Shown in pieces: positions 41,733 through 54,541 of a DNA stretch of 64,000 nucleotides (within the stretch, counting starts at the first letter, position 1; the number at the start of each line of letters is the position of its first letter). Below the pieces are notes generated by a model that did not search any database, had not been told where the DNA came from, and was given only the letters and a program-made list of their open reading frames with translations. The stretch lies in NCBI RefSeq assembly GCF_009914755.1, contig NC_060930.1. The stretch is one strand, 5' to 3'. The translations under genes and the position numbers were made by a program. Source of the DNA: the human T2T-CHM13v2.0 reference genome, Homo sapiens.

Positions 41733-44700
41733 AAGTGCTTTTGCAGAAACTACCAAGGGATATTTCGGAGCACTTTGATGCCTATGGTGAAAATGCAATA
41801 GTCTTCAGACAAAAAGTAGAAAGAAGCATTCAGAGAAACTTCTTTGTGATGTGTGCATTTTTATTACAGAGTTTAACCTTTCTTTAGACTCAGCAGTTTG
41901 GAAACACTGTTTTTCTCCTTTCTGCAAAAGGGCATTTGGGAACTCATGGGGGCCAATGGCAAAAAAGTGAATATCCCAGGATAAAAAATAGAAGAAAGCT
42001 ATCTGAGAAACTGCTCAGTGATGTGTGCATTCACCTTGCAGAAGTAAAGTTTCCTTTTCATTCAGCAGTTTGGAAACACTTTTTTTGTAGTATCTGCAAA
42101 GGGATATTTGGAAGCATGTTGAGGCCCATGGTGAAAAAGAAAATATCTACAGATAAAAAGTAGAAAGATGCTTTATGAGGAAATGCTTTGTGATGTGTGC
42201 TTTCATCTAGAGAGTTCAACATTCTTTTTGATTCAGCAGTTTGGAAACACTGTTTTTGTCCATTCTGTGAATGGGCATTTGGGAACTCATTCAGAATAAT
42301 GGCAAAAAAGCTAATATCCCAGGACAAAAACTAGAAGGCAGCTATCTGAGAAACCACTTTGTGAGGTGTGCCTTCATCTCATGGAGATAAAGTTTCCTTT
42401 TCATTCAGCAGTTTGGAAACACTGTTTTTTTAGAATCTGCAAAGGGATATTTGGGAGTGCTTTGAGGCCTATAGTGAAAAAGAAAATATCTTCAGACAAA
42501 AAGTAGAAAGAAGACTTCTGAGAAACTGTTTTGTAATGTGTGCATTCATCTCACAGAGTTAAGACCTTCTTTTGATTCAGCAGTTTGGAAATACTGTTTT
42601 TGTGCATTCTGTGAATGGACATTTGGGAGCTCATTGAGGCCAACGGCAAAAGAATGAATATCCCAGGATAAAAGCTAGAGGGAATCTACCAGAAAAGCTG
42701 CTTTGGAATGTGGACATTCATCTCACTGAGTTAAACCTTTCTTTTCATTCTGTATTTTGGAAACACTGTTTTTGTGGAATCTTTGAAGGGATATTTGGGA
42801 TCACATTGAGGCCTATGATGAAATAGAAAGTATCTTCAGACAAAAAGTAGAAAGAAGATTCCTGGAAAAACTTCTTTGTGATGAGTGCATTCTTCTTACA
42901 GAGTTTAGTATTTCTTTTGATTCAGCAGTTTGGAAAGACTGTTTTTCTCCTTTCTGTGAATGGACAATTGGGAGCTGATTGAGATCAGTGGTGAAAAACC
43001 AAATATCCCAAGATAAAGTTGCAGGAGGAAGCTATCTGAGAAACTGCTAAGTGATATGTGCATTCACCTCATGGAGGTAGTTACCTTTCTTTCAGCAGTT
43101 TGGAAATACTTTTTTATAGAATCTGTGAAGGGATATTCGGAAACGTGTTGAGATCTATGGTGAACAAGAAAATATCTTCAGATAAAAAGTAAAAAAAAAA
43201 GGTTCTGAGAAACTGCTTTGTGATGTGTGCATTCATCTCTCAGACTTAAACCTTTCTTTTGTTTCAGCAGTTTGGAAACAGTTTTTGTAGAATCTTTGAA
43301 GGGATATTTTGCTGCTCATTGAGGCCTATGCTGAAAGATAAAACATCTTCAACTAAAAATTAGAAAGAATCTATATGATAACCTGCTTTGTGATGTGTGC
43401 ATTCATCTCACAGAGATAAACCTTCCTTTTCATTCAGCAGTTTGGAAACTGTGTTTTTCCATTCTGCAAATGTAAATTTAGGAGCTCATTGAGGCCAATG
43501 GTGAAAAGGTGAATGTCCCAGGATAAAAACTAGAAGGAAGGTATCTGAAAAACAGCTTTGTGATGTGTGCATTCAACTCACAGAGTTAAATCTTTCTTTT
43601 CAATCAGCAGTTTGGAAACACTGTTTTTGTAGATCTGTGAAGGGATATTTCAGAGAGCATTGAGGCCTATTGTGAAAAAGAAAATATCGTCAGATAAAAA
43701 CTAGAAAGTAGCTTTCTGAGAAACTGATTTGTGATGTGTGCTTTCATCTCACAGAGTAAAACCTTTCTTTTGATTTATCAATTTGAAAACACTGTTTTTC
43801 TCCATTCTGCAAATGGACTTTTGGGGTTCATTGAGGCCAATGGGGAAAAATTGAATATCCCAAGATAAACACTAGAAGGAAGCTGTCTGAGAAACTCCTT
43901 TGTGATGTGTGCATTCATCTCATAGAGTTAAACCTTCCTTTTAATTCAGCAGTTTGGAAACACTGTTTTTGTATAATCTGCAAAGGGATATTTTGGAGCA
44001 TGTTGATGCCTATGGTGAAAAAGAAAGTATCTTCAGAAAAAAACTGGAAAAAAACTTTCTCAGAAAGTGCTTTGTGATGTGTGCTTTCATGGCACAGACT
44101 TAAACCTTTCTTTTGATTCAGCAGTTTGTAAACACTGTTTTTATCCATTCTGTGAATGGACATTTGGGAGCTCATTGATGCCAATGGCTAAAAACCAAAT
44201 ATCCCAGGATAAACACTAGAAGGAAGCTATCTGAGAAACTGCTTTGAGAAGCGTGCATTCTTCTCACAGAATTAATCCTTTCTTCTCACTCAGCATTTTG
44301 GAAACACTGTTTTTGTAGAATCCATTAAGGGGTATTTTGGAATGCCTGGAGGTCTATGGTGAAAAAGAAAATATTTTCACATAAAAACTAGAAAGAAATT
44401 TTCTGAGAAAATGCTTGTGATGTGTGCACTCATCTCACAGAGTTAAACCTTTCTTTTGATTAAACAGTTTGGAAACACTGTTTTTGTCCATTCTGCAAAT
44501 GGACATTTGGGACCTCACTGAGGGCAAAGGAGAAAAAGTGAATATCCGAGGATAAACACTAGGAGGAAGCTATCTGAGAAACTGCTTTGTGATATGTGCA
44601 TTTATCTCACTGAGTGAAACAATTATTTTCATTAATTAGTTTGGAAACACTGTTTTTGTTGAATCTGCAAAGGGATACTTGGAAGTGCATTGAGGCCTAT

Positions 44701-47700
44701 GGTGAAATGGAAAATATCTTCAGATAAAAAGTAGAAAGAAGATTTCTGAGAAACTGCTTTGTGATGTCTGCATTCACCTCTTGAAGTGAAACCTTTCTTT
44801 TGATTCAGCAGTTTGGAAACACTGTTTTTGTCCATTATGTGAATGGACATTTTGTAGCTGATTGAGACAAATGGCAAAAAGCGAATTTCCCAGGGTGAAA
44901 ACTAGAAGGAAGTTATCCGAGAAACCACTGTGTGATGTGTGCATTCATCTCACAGAGGTAAACCTTTCTTTTCAATCAGCAGTTTGGAAACACTGTTTTT
45001 GTAGATTCTTCGAGGGGATATTTCGGAGTGCATTTAGGCCTATGGTGAAAAAGAAAATATCTTCTGATAAAAACTAGAAAGAAGCTTTCTGAGAAACTGG
45101 TTTGTGATGTGTGTTTTCATATCACAGAGTTAAATCTTTCTTTTCATTCAGCACTTTGGAAAAACTGTTTTTGTCCATTCTGCAAATGGACATTTGGGAG
45201 ATCATTGAGGCCAATGGCAAAAAGTTGAATATCCCAGGATAAACACTTGAAGGAAGCTATCTGAGAAACCGCTTTGTGATGCATGTTTTCATCTCACGAG
45301 TTAAACCTTTCTTTTCATTCAACAGTTTGGAAACACTGTTTTTTTAGAATCTGTGAAGGCATAATTTGGAGAATGTTGAGGCCTATCATGAAAAAGAAAA
45401 TATCTTCAGATAAAAACAAGAAAGAAGCTTTCTGAGAAACTGCTTTGTGATATGTGCACTCATCTCACAGAGTTAAACCTTTCTTTTGGTTCAACAGATT
45501 GGAAACACTGGTAGAATCTGCAAAGGGATATTTGGGAGCACTTTGAGAACTATGGTGAAAACGAAAATATCTTAAGATAAAAAGTAGAAAGAAGCTTTCT
45601 GAGAAACTGCTTTGTGATGTGTGCATTTATCTCACAGAGGTAAACTTTCCTTTTGATCCAGCGGTTTGGAAACACTGTTGTTGTAGCATCTGCAAAGGGA
45701 TATTTAGGAGCACATTGAGGCCTATGGTGAAATAGAAAATATCTTCCAATAGAAACTAGACAGAAGCATACTGAGTAATTGCTTTGTGATGTGTGCATTC
45801 ATCTCCCAGTGTTAAACGTTTCTTTTCATTCACCAGTTTGGAAACAGTGTTTTTGTCCATTCTGTGAATGGGCATTTGGGAGCTCATTGAGGCCAATGGA
45901 GATAAATGGAATAGCCCAGGATAAAAACTTCAAGGAAGCTATCTCAGAAACTACTTTGTGATGTGTGCATTTATCTCGCAGAGTTAAAACTTTCCTTACA
46001 TTCAGCAGTTTAGAAAACTGATTTTGTAGAATCTGTGAAGGGATATTTGGGAGCACATTGAAAGCTATGGTGAAAAAGAAAATATCTTCAGATAAAAACT
46101 GAAGGAAGCTTTCTGACAAACTGCTTTGTGATAGGTGCTTTCATCTCATGGAGTTAAACCTTTCTTTTGATTCAATAGTTTGGAAACACTGTTTTTGTTC
46201 ATTCTGTGAATGGATATTTGGGAGCTTATTGAGGCCAAGGCAGAAAAAGGGAATACCCCAGGATAAAAACTACAAGGAAGATATCAGAGAAACAGCTTTG
46301 TGATGTTTGCATTCCTCTCACAGAGTTAAACCTTTCTTTTTATTCAGCAGCTTGGAAACATTGTTTTTCCAGAATCTGCAAAGGGATATTTTGGAGTGCT
46401 TTGAGAACTACAGTGAAAAAGAAAATATCTTAATGTAAAGAGTAGAAGAAGCTTTCTGAGAAACTGCTCTGTGATGGGTGTATTCATCTAACAGAGTTAA
46501 ACATTATTTTTGATCCAGCAGTTTGGAAGCACTGATTTTGTAGAATCTGTGAAGGGATATTTTGGAGCACATTGAGGCCTATGGTGAAAAAGAAAATATC
46601 TTCAAATAGAAACTAGACGGAAGCTTTCTGAGAAACTGCTTTGTGGTGTGTGCTTTCATCTAACAGAGTTAAATGTTTCTTTTGATTCAAGAGTTTGGAA
46701 ACAGTGTTTTGTCCATTCTGCAAATGGACATTTGAGAGCTCATTGAGATCAATGGTGAAAAAGGGAATATACCAGGATAAGAAGTAGAAGGAAGCCATTT
46801 GAGAAACCACAATGTGAAGTCTGCATTCATCTCACAGAGATAAATATTTCCTTTCATTCAACCGTTTGGAAACACTTTTTTTGTAGGATCTGCAAAGGGA
46901 TATTTTGGAGCACATCGAGCCCTTGGTGAAAAAGAAAATATCTTCAGATAAGAGGTAGAAAGAAGCTTTCTGAGAAACTAATTTCTGATGTGTGCATTCA
47001 TCCCACATAGCTAAACATTTTTTTTATCCAGTAGATCGGAAACAGTATTTTTGTCACTCTGTGAATGGATATTTGGGAGCTCCTTTAGGCTGATAGAGAG
47101 AAAGCAAATATTCAAGGATAAAAACCGGAAGGAAGCAATCTGAGAAAACCCCTTTGTTACATTTGCATTCATCTCCCAGTGTTAAAACTTTCTTTTCATT
47201 CAGCAGATAGGAAACAATGTTTTTGTAGGATCTGCTAAGGGATAATTTGGAGTGCTTTGAGGCATATGGTGAAAAAGAAAATACTTTAAGATAAAAAGTA
47301 CAAAGAAGCTTTCTGAGAAACTGCTTTCTGATGTGTACATTTATCTCACAGAGTTAAACCTTTCTTTGGATACAGCAGTTTGAAAACACTGTTTTTGTCT
47401 ATTCTACAAATGGACATTTTGGCACCCATTGAGGCCAATGGTGAAAAAGCAAATTTCCCTGGATAAAACCAGAAGGAAACTATCTGAGAAACGGCTTTGT
47501 TATGGGGACATTCATCTCACACAGTTAAACCTATCTTCTCATTCAGCATTTTGGAAACACCGTTTTTGTAGAATCTGCGAAGGGATATTAGGGAGCGTAT
47601 TGAGGCCTATGGTGAAAAAGAAAATATCCTCAGATAAAAAGTAGAAAGAAGCTTTCAGAGAAACTGCTTTGTGAGAAGTGAATTCATCTCCCAGAGTTAA

Positions 47701-50700
47701 ACCTTTCTTCTGATTCAGCAGTTTGGAAACCTGTTTTTGTCCATTCTGTGAATGGAAATTTGGGAGCTCATTGAGGCCAGTGGCAAAAAGAAGAATATCC
47801 CAGGATAAAAACTAGAAGGAAGCTATCAGAGAAACATCTTTGTGATGTGTGCATTCATCTCACAGAGTTAAATCTTTCTTTTCATTCAGCAGTTTGGAAA
47901 AACTGTTTTTGTAGAAACTGTGAACGGATATTTGAAAGCTCATCGAAGTCTATGGTGAAAAAGAAATTATCTTCAGATAAAAAGAAGAAAGAGGCTTTCT
48001 GAGAAACTGTTTTGTGATGTGTACGTTCATCTCACAGAGTTAAACCTTTCTATTCATTCAGCAGTTTGAAAACACTGGCTTTGTCATTTCTGTGAAAGGA
48101 CATTATGGAGCTCATTGAGGCCAAAGGTGTAAAAGTGAATATCTCAGGATAAAAATGAGACCATCTGAGAAACAACTTTGTGATGTGTGCATTCATCTCG
48201 AAGAGTAAAATGATTCTTTTCATTCAGCAGTTTGGAAACGCTGTTTTTGTAGAATCTGTTAAAGGATATTTCAGAGTGCCTAGAGGCCTACAGTGAAAAA
48301 GAAAATATCTTCAGATAAAAACTAGAATGAAGCTTTCTGAGAAACTGCTTTGTGATGTGTGAATTCATCTCAGAGAGTTAAGCCTTTCTTTTGATTCAAC
48401 AGTTTGAAAAGACTGTTTTTGTCCATTCTGTGAATGGACATTTTGGACCCCACTGACACCAATGGAGAAAAAGCAAATATTCCAGGATAAACAGTAGAAG
48501 GAAGCTGAGAAACTGCTTTGTGATATGTGCATTAATCTTTCAGAGTTAAACCTTTCTTTTCATTCGGCAGTTTAGAAACACTGTTTTTGTAGAACCTCCA
48601 AAGGGATATTTGGGACCCCATTGAGGCCTATGGTGAAAAAATAAATATGTTCTTATAAAAACTAGAAAGAAGCTTTCTGAGAAACTGCTTTGTGATGTGT
48701 GCATGCGTCTCACAGAGTTAAACCTTTCTTTTCATTCAGCAGTTTGGAAACACTGTTTTTATGGAATCTCTGAAGGGATATTTCAGAACACATTTAGGCC
48801 TATGGTGAAAAAGAAAATATCTTCAAATAAAAACATGACAGAAACTTTCTGAGAAACTGTTTTTTGATGTGTGCATTCATCTCACAGTGTTAAACATTTC
48901 TTTTCATTCAACAGTTTGGAAACAGTGTTTTTGTCCATTCTGCATATGGACATTTGGGAGTTCATTGACACCAATGGAGAAAAGCAAATATCCCAGGTTA
49001 AAAACTTCAAGGAAACTATCTGAGAAACTACTTTGTGATGTATGCATTCATCTCACAGAGGTAAACCTTTCATTACATTCAGCAGTTTGGAAACACTGTT
49101 TTTGTAGAACCTGTGAAGGGATATTTGGGATCCCCTTGAGGCCTCTGGTGATAAAGTAAATATCTTCTTATAAAAACTAGAAAGAAGGTTTCTGAGAAAC
49201 TGCTTTGTGATGTGTGCATTCGTCTCACAGAGTTAAACCATTCCTTACATTCAGCAGCTTGGAAACACGATTTTGTAGAATCTGTGCAGGGATATTTCAG
49301 AGAGCTTTGAGGCTTATGGTAAAAAAGGAAATATCTTCAAATAATAACTAGACAGAAACTTTCTGCAAAACTGCTTTGTGATGTTTGCTTTCATCTCACA
49401 GAGTTAAAATTTCCTTTGGTTTCAATAGTTTGGAAACACAGTTTTTGTTCACTCTGCCAATGGCCATTTAGGAGATCATTGAGGCCAAAGGAGAAAAAGC
49501 AAATGTCTCAGGATAAAAAATTGAAGGAAGCTGTGTGAGAAACTGCCATGTGATGTTTGCATTCGTCTCACAGAGTTAAACCTTTCTTTTCATTCAGCAG
49601 TTTGGAAACACTGTTTTTGTTGAATCTGCAAAGGGATATTTCAGAGCCCAAAGAGTCCTATGTTGAAAAAGTAAATATCTTCATATAAAAACTAGAAAGA
49701 AGCTTTCTGAGACACTGCTTTGTGATGTGTGTATTCATCTCACAGAGTTAATCCTTTCTTTTGATTCAACAGTTTAGAAACACTGTTTTTGTCCACTCTG
49801 CAAAGGGATAATTGAGGGAGAATTGAGGCCTAATATGAAAAAGAAAATATCTTCAGATAGAAACAAGAAAGAAGCTTTAAGAGAAACTGCTTTGTGATGT
49901 GTGGCTTCATCTCACAGAGTTAATCCTTTCTTTTGATTCAACACGTTGGAAACACTGTTTTTGTCCATTCTGTGAAGGGATATTTAAGAGTGCCTTGAGG
50001 CTTAAGGTGAAAAAGAAAATATCTTCAGATAAAACTAGAAAGATGCTTCTGAGAAACAGCTCTGTGATGTGCACATTCCTCTCACAGAGTTAAACGTTTG
50101 TTTTCTTTCAGCAGTTTGGAAACACTGTTTTTGTAGAATCTGCAAAGGGATAATTTGGAGCCCAATGAGGCCTATGATGAAAAAGGAAATATCTTCAAAT
50201 AATAACTAGACAGAAGGTTTCTGTGAAACTGCTTTGTGATGTCTACTTTCATCTCACAGAATTAAAATTTTCTGCTTTTTCAACAGTTTGGAAACACTGT
50301 TTTTGTCCATTCTGTGACAGGACATTTGGGAGCTCATTGAGGCCAAAGAAGGAAAAGAGAATACCCAAGGATAAAAATAAAAGGAAGCCATCTGAGAAAC
50401 GGATTTGTGAGGTGCACAAAAAAAAAAAAAGCTGAGTTAAACCTTTCTTTTCATTCAGGAGTTTGGAAACCCAGTTTGTGTAGTATCTGCAAAGGGATAT
50501 TTGGTAGCCCATCGTGTCCTTTGGTGAAAAAGTAAATATCTTCATATAAAAACGAGAAAGAAGCTTTCTGAGAAACTGCTTTGTGATGTCTGCTTTCATC
50601 ACACAGAGTTAAAACAAACATTCTTTTGTTTCAACAGTTTGCAAACACTGCTTTGTCCATTCTGTGAATGAACATTTGGGAGCTCTTTGAGATCAATGGA

Positions 50701-53700
50701 GGAAAAGCAAATATCCCAGGATAAAAACTATATGGAAGTAATCTGAGAAACTGATTTGTGATGTGTGCATTTATCTCACACATTTAAACCTTTCTTTTCA
50801 TTCAGCAGTTTGGAAAACTCTTTTTGTAAAATCTGCAAAGCGATATTTGGGAGACCATTGAATCCTATGGTGAAAAAGTAAATATCTTCACATAAAAACT
50901 GGAAAGAAGCTTTCTGAGAAACTGCTTTGTGATGTGTGCATTCATTTCACAGATTTAAACATTTCTTTTGATTCAGCAGTTTTGAAACATTGTTTTTGTC
51001 CATTCTGCAAAGGGATATTTGGTAGCACATTTAGGTCTATGGTGAAAAAGAAAATATCTTCAGATAAAAACTAGAAAGAAGCTTTCTGAAAAACTGCTTT
51101 GTGTTGTGTGCTTTCATCTCACAGAGTTAAAAATTTCTTTCATTTCAACAGTTTGGAAACACTGTTTTTCTCCATTCTGCCAATGGCTATTTTGGAGAGG
51201 ATTGAGGCCAAGGAGAAAAAGTGAATATCCCAGGATAAAAAGTTCAAGGAAGCTATGAGAGAAACCGTTATGTGATGTGAGCATTCATCTCACAGAGTTA
51301 AACCTTTCTTTTCATTCAGCACTTTGGAAACACAGCTTTTGTAGCATCTACAAAGGGATATTTTGGAGCACATTTAGTCTTTTGGTGCAAAACTAAATAT
51401 CTTCATATAAAAACTAGGAAGAATCTTTCAGAGAAACTGCTGTGTGATGTGTGCTTTCATCTCACAGAGTTAATCCTTTCTTTTGATTCAACAGTTTTGA
51501 AACACTGTTATTGTGAAGGGATATTTCAGAGCAAATTGAGGCCTATGGTGAAAAAGACAATATCTTCAGATAAAAACTAGAAAGAAGCTTTCTGAGAAAC
51601 TGCTTTGTGATGTGTGGTTTCATCTCAGAGTTTAATATTTCTTTTCATTCAACAGTTTGGAAACATTCTTTTTGTTTATTCTGCAAAGGGAAATTTGGGA
51701 GCGCATTGAGACCTATGGTGAAAAAGAAAATATCTTCAGATAAAAAATAGAAGGAAGTTTCAAGAGAAATGACTTAGTGATGTGTGGTTTCACCTCACAG
51801 AGTTAAACCTTTCTTTTCATTCAGCACTTAAAACACTGTTTTTGTAGAATCTGTGAAGGGATATTGGGAGTGCTTTCAGACCTATGTTGTAGAAGAAAAT
51901 ATCTCAAGATAAAAAGTACAAAGAAGCTTTCTGAGAAACTGCTCTGTGATGGGTGCATGCACCTCACAGAGTTAAACCTTTCTTTTGATACAGCAGTTTG
52001 GAAACACTGTTTTTGTAGAATCTACAAAGGGATATTTTAGAGTGTATTGAGGTCTATGGTGAAAAAAGAAATATCTTCAAATAAGAACTAGACAGAAGCT
52101 TTCAGAGAAACTGCCTTGGATGTGTGCTTTCATCTCACAGAGTTAACACTTTCTTTTGGTTCAACTGTTTGGAAACACTGTTGGTGTCCATTCTGTGAAT
52201 GCACATTTGGGAGTTCATTGAGGCCAATGGAGGAAAAGTGTATATCCCAGGATAAAAACTAAAAGGAAACTATCTGAGAAACTGATTTGTGATGTTTTCA
52301 TTCATCTCACATAGCTAAACCTTTCTCTTCATTCAGCAGTTTGGAAATGGTGTTTTTGCAGGATCTGTGAAGGGATATTAGGGAGCCCATTGAGGCCTAT
52401 GGTGAAACAGTAAATATCTTCATATAAAAACTAGAAAGAAGCTTTCTGAGAAATTGATTTGTGATGTGTGCATTCATCTCACGGGATGAAAACTTTCTTT
52501 TGATCCAGCACTTTGGAAACACTGTTTTTGTAGAGTCTGCAAAGGGATATTTTGGAGTGCATAGAGGCCTACAGTGAAAAAGAAAATATTTTCAAATAAA
52601 ACTAGAAGAAGCTTTCTGAGAAACTGCTTTGTGATGTGTGTATTCAACTCACAGAGTTAATCTTTTCTTTTGATTCAACAGTTTTGAAACACAGTTTTTG
52701 TCCATTGTGTGAAGGGCTATTTGGGAGCGCATTGATGCCTATGGTGAAAAAGAAAATATCTTCAGATAAAAACAAGAAAGAAGCTTTCTAGAAACTGCTT
52801 TGTGATATGTGCAGTCATCTCACAGAGTTAAACCTTTCTTTTCATTCAGCAGTTTGGAAGCACTGTTTTTGTAGAATCTGCAAAGGGATATTTGGGAGCA
52901 CATTGAGACCTATGTTGTGGAAGAAAATATCTTAAGACAAAAAGTAGACAGGAGCTTTCTGAGAAACTGCTCTGTGATGGGTGCATTAACCTCACAGAGT
53001 TAAACCTTTCTTTCCATCCAGCAGTTTGGAAAAACTGTTTTTTGTAGAATCGGTGAAGGGATATTTAGGAGTCCACTGAGGCCTATATTGAAAAGTAAAT
53101 ATCTTGACATAAAAACTAGGAAGAAGCTTTCTGAGAAACTGTCTTGTGATGTGTGGTTTCATCTCACAGAGTTAAACATTTCTTTTCATAGAGGGGTTTA
53201 ACACTGTTTTTGTCAATTTTGCAAATTGACGTTTGAGAGCTCATTGAGGCCAAGAGAGAAAAAGCGAATATCCCAGGATAAAAGCTTCAAGGAAGCCATC
53301 TGTGATACTGCTTTGTGATGTGTGAATTTATCTCGTAGAGTTAAAACTTTCCTTACATACAGTAGTTTAAAAACAGTGTTTTTATAGAATTTGTGAAGGG
53401 ATATTTGGGAGCCCATTGAGGCCTATGGTGAAAAAGTAAATATCTTCATATAAAAATAGAAAGAAGCTTTATGTTAAACTTCGTTGTGTTGTGTGAATTC
53501 ATCTCACAAAGGAAAAATTTTCTTTTCATTCAGCAGTTTGGAAACACTGTTTTTGTAGAATCTGCAAAGGGATATTTAGGAGCACATTGAGGCCTAAGGT
53601 GAAAATGAAAATATCTTCAAATAAAAACTAGAGAGAAGCTTTCTGAGAAACTGCTTTGTGATGTATGCTTTCATCACACAGACTTAGAAGTTCCTTTAGT

Positions 53701-54541
53701 TTCAACAGTTTGGGAACACTGTTTTTGTCCATTCTGCCAATGGCCATTATGATCATTGAGGCAAAGGAGAAAAAGTGAATATCCCAAGATAAAAACTTCA
53801 AGGAAGCTATGTAAGAAACTCCTATGTGATGTCTGCATTCACCTCACAGAGTTAAAACTTTCTTTTCACTCAGCACTTTGGAAACAGTTTTTGTAACATC
53901 TACAGAGGGATATTTTGGAGCCCATTTAGTCTTTTGGTGAACAGGTATATATCTTCCTATAAAAACTAGAAAGAATCTTTTGGAGAAACTGCTGTGTGAT
54001 GTGTGCATTCATCTCACAGAGTTAATCCTTCCTTTTGATTCAACAGATTTGAAACACTGTTATTGTAGAATCTGTGAAGGGATATTTCAGAGCAAATTGA
54101 GGCCTATGGTGAAAAAGAAAATATCTTCAGATAAAAACTAGAAAGAAGCTTTCCGAGAAACTCCTTTGTGATGTGTGGTTTCATCCCACAGAGTTTAATA
54201 TTACTTTTCATTCAACAGTTTGGAAGCCCTCTTTTTGTCTATTCTGCAAAGGGAAATTTGGCAGTGCATTGAGACCTATGGTGAAAAAGAAAATATCTTC
54301 AGATAAAAACTAGAGAGAAGCTTTCTGAGAAACTGCTTTGGATGTGTGCTTTCATCTCACAGAGTTAAGACTTTCTTTTGGTTCAACTGTTTGGAAACAT
54401 TGTTCATGCCCCTTCTGTGAATGCACATTTGGGAGTTCATTGAGGCCAGTGGAGTAAAAGTGTATATCCCAGGATAAAAACTACAGGGAAACTATCTGAG
54501 TAAACCAATTTGAGATGTTTGCATTCATCTCACAGATTTAA
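41733..54541 (+). repeat. Alpha satellite, divergent dimer-derived type, forward orientation (block 2)
   Basis: Same X (gaagctttctgagaaactgc, ctatggtgaaaaagaaaatatcttcag) and Y (ccaatggc/g..aaaaag..aatatcccaggata..ggaagctatctgag) monomers on the opposite strand. It resembles the ancient dimeric layer (H1H2/OaNa-like; inferred). Confidence 0.96.
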
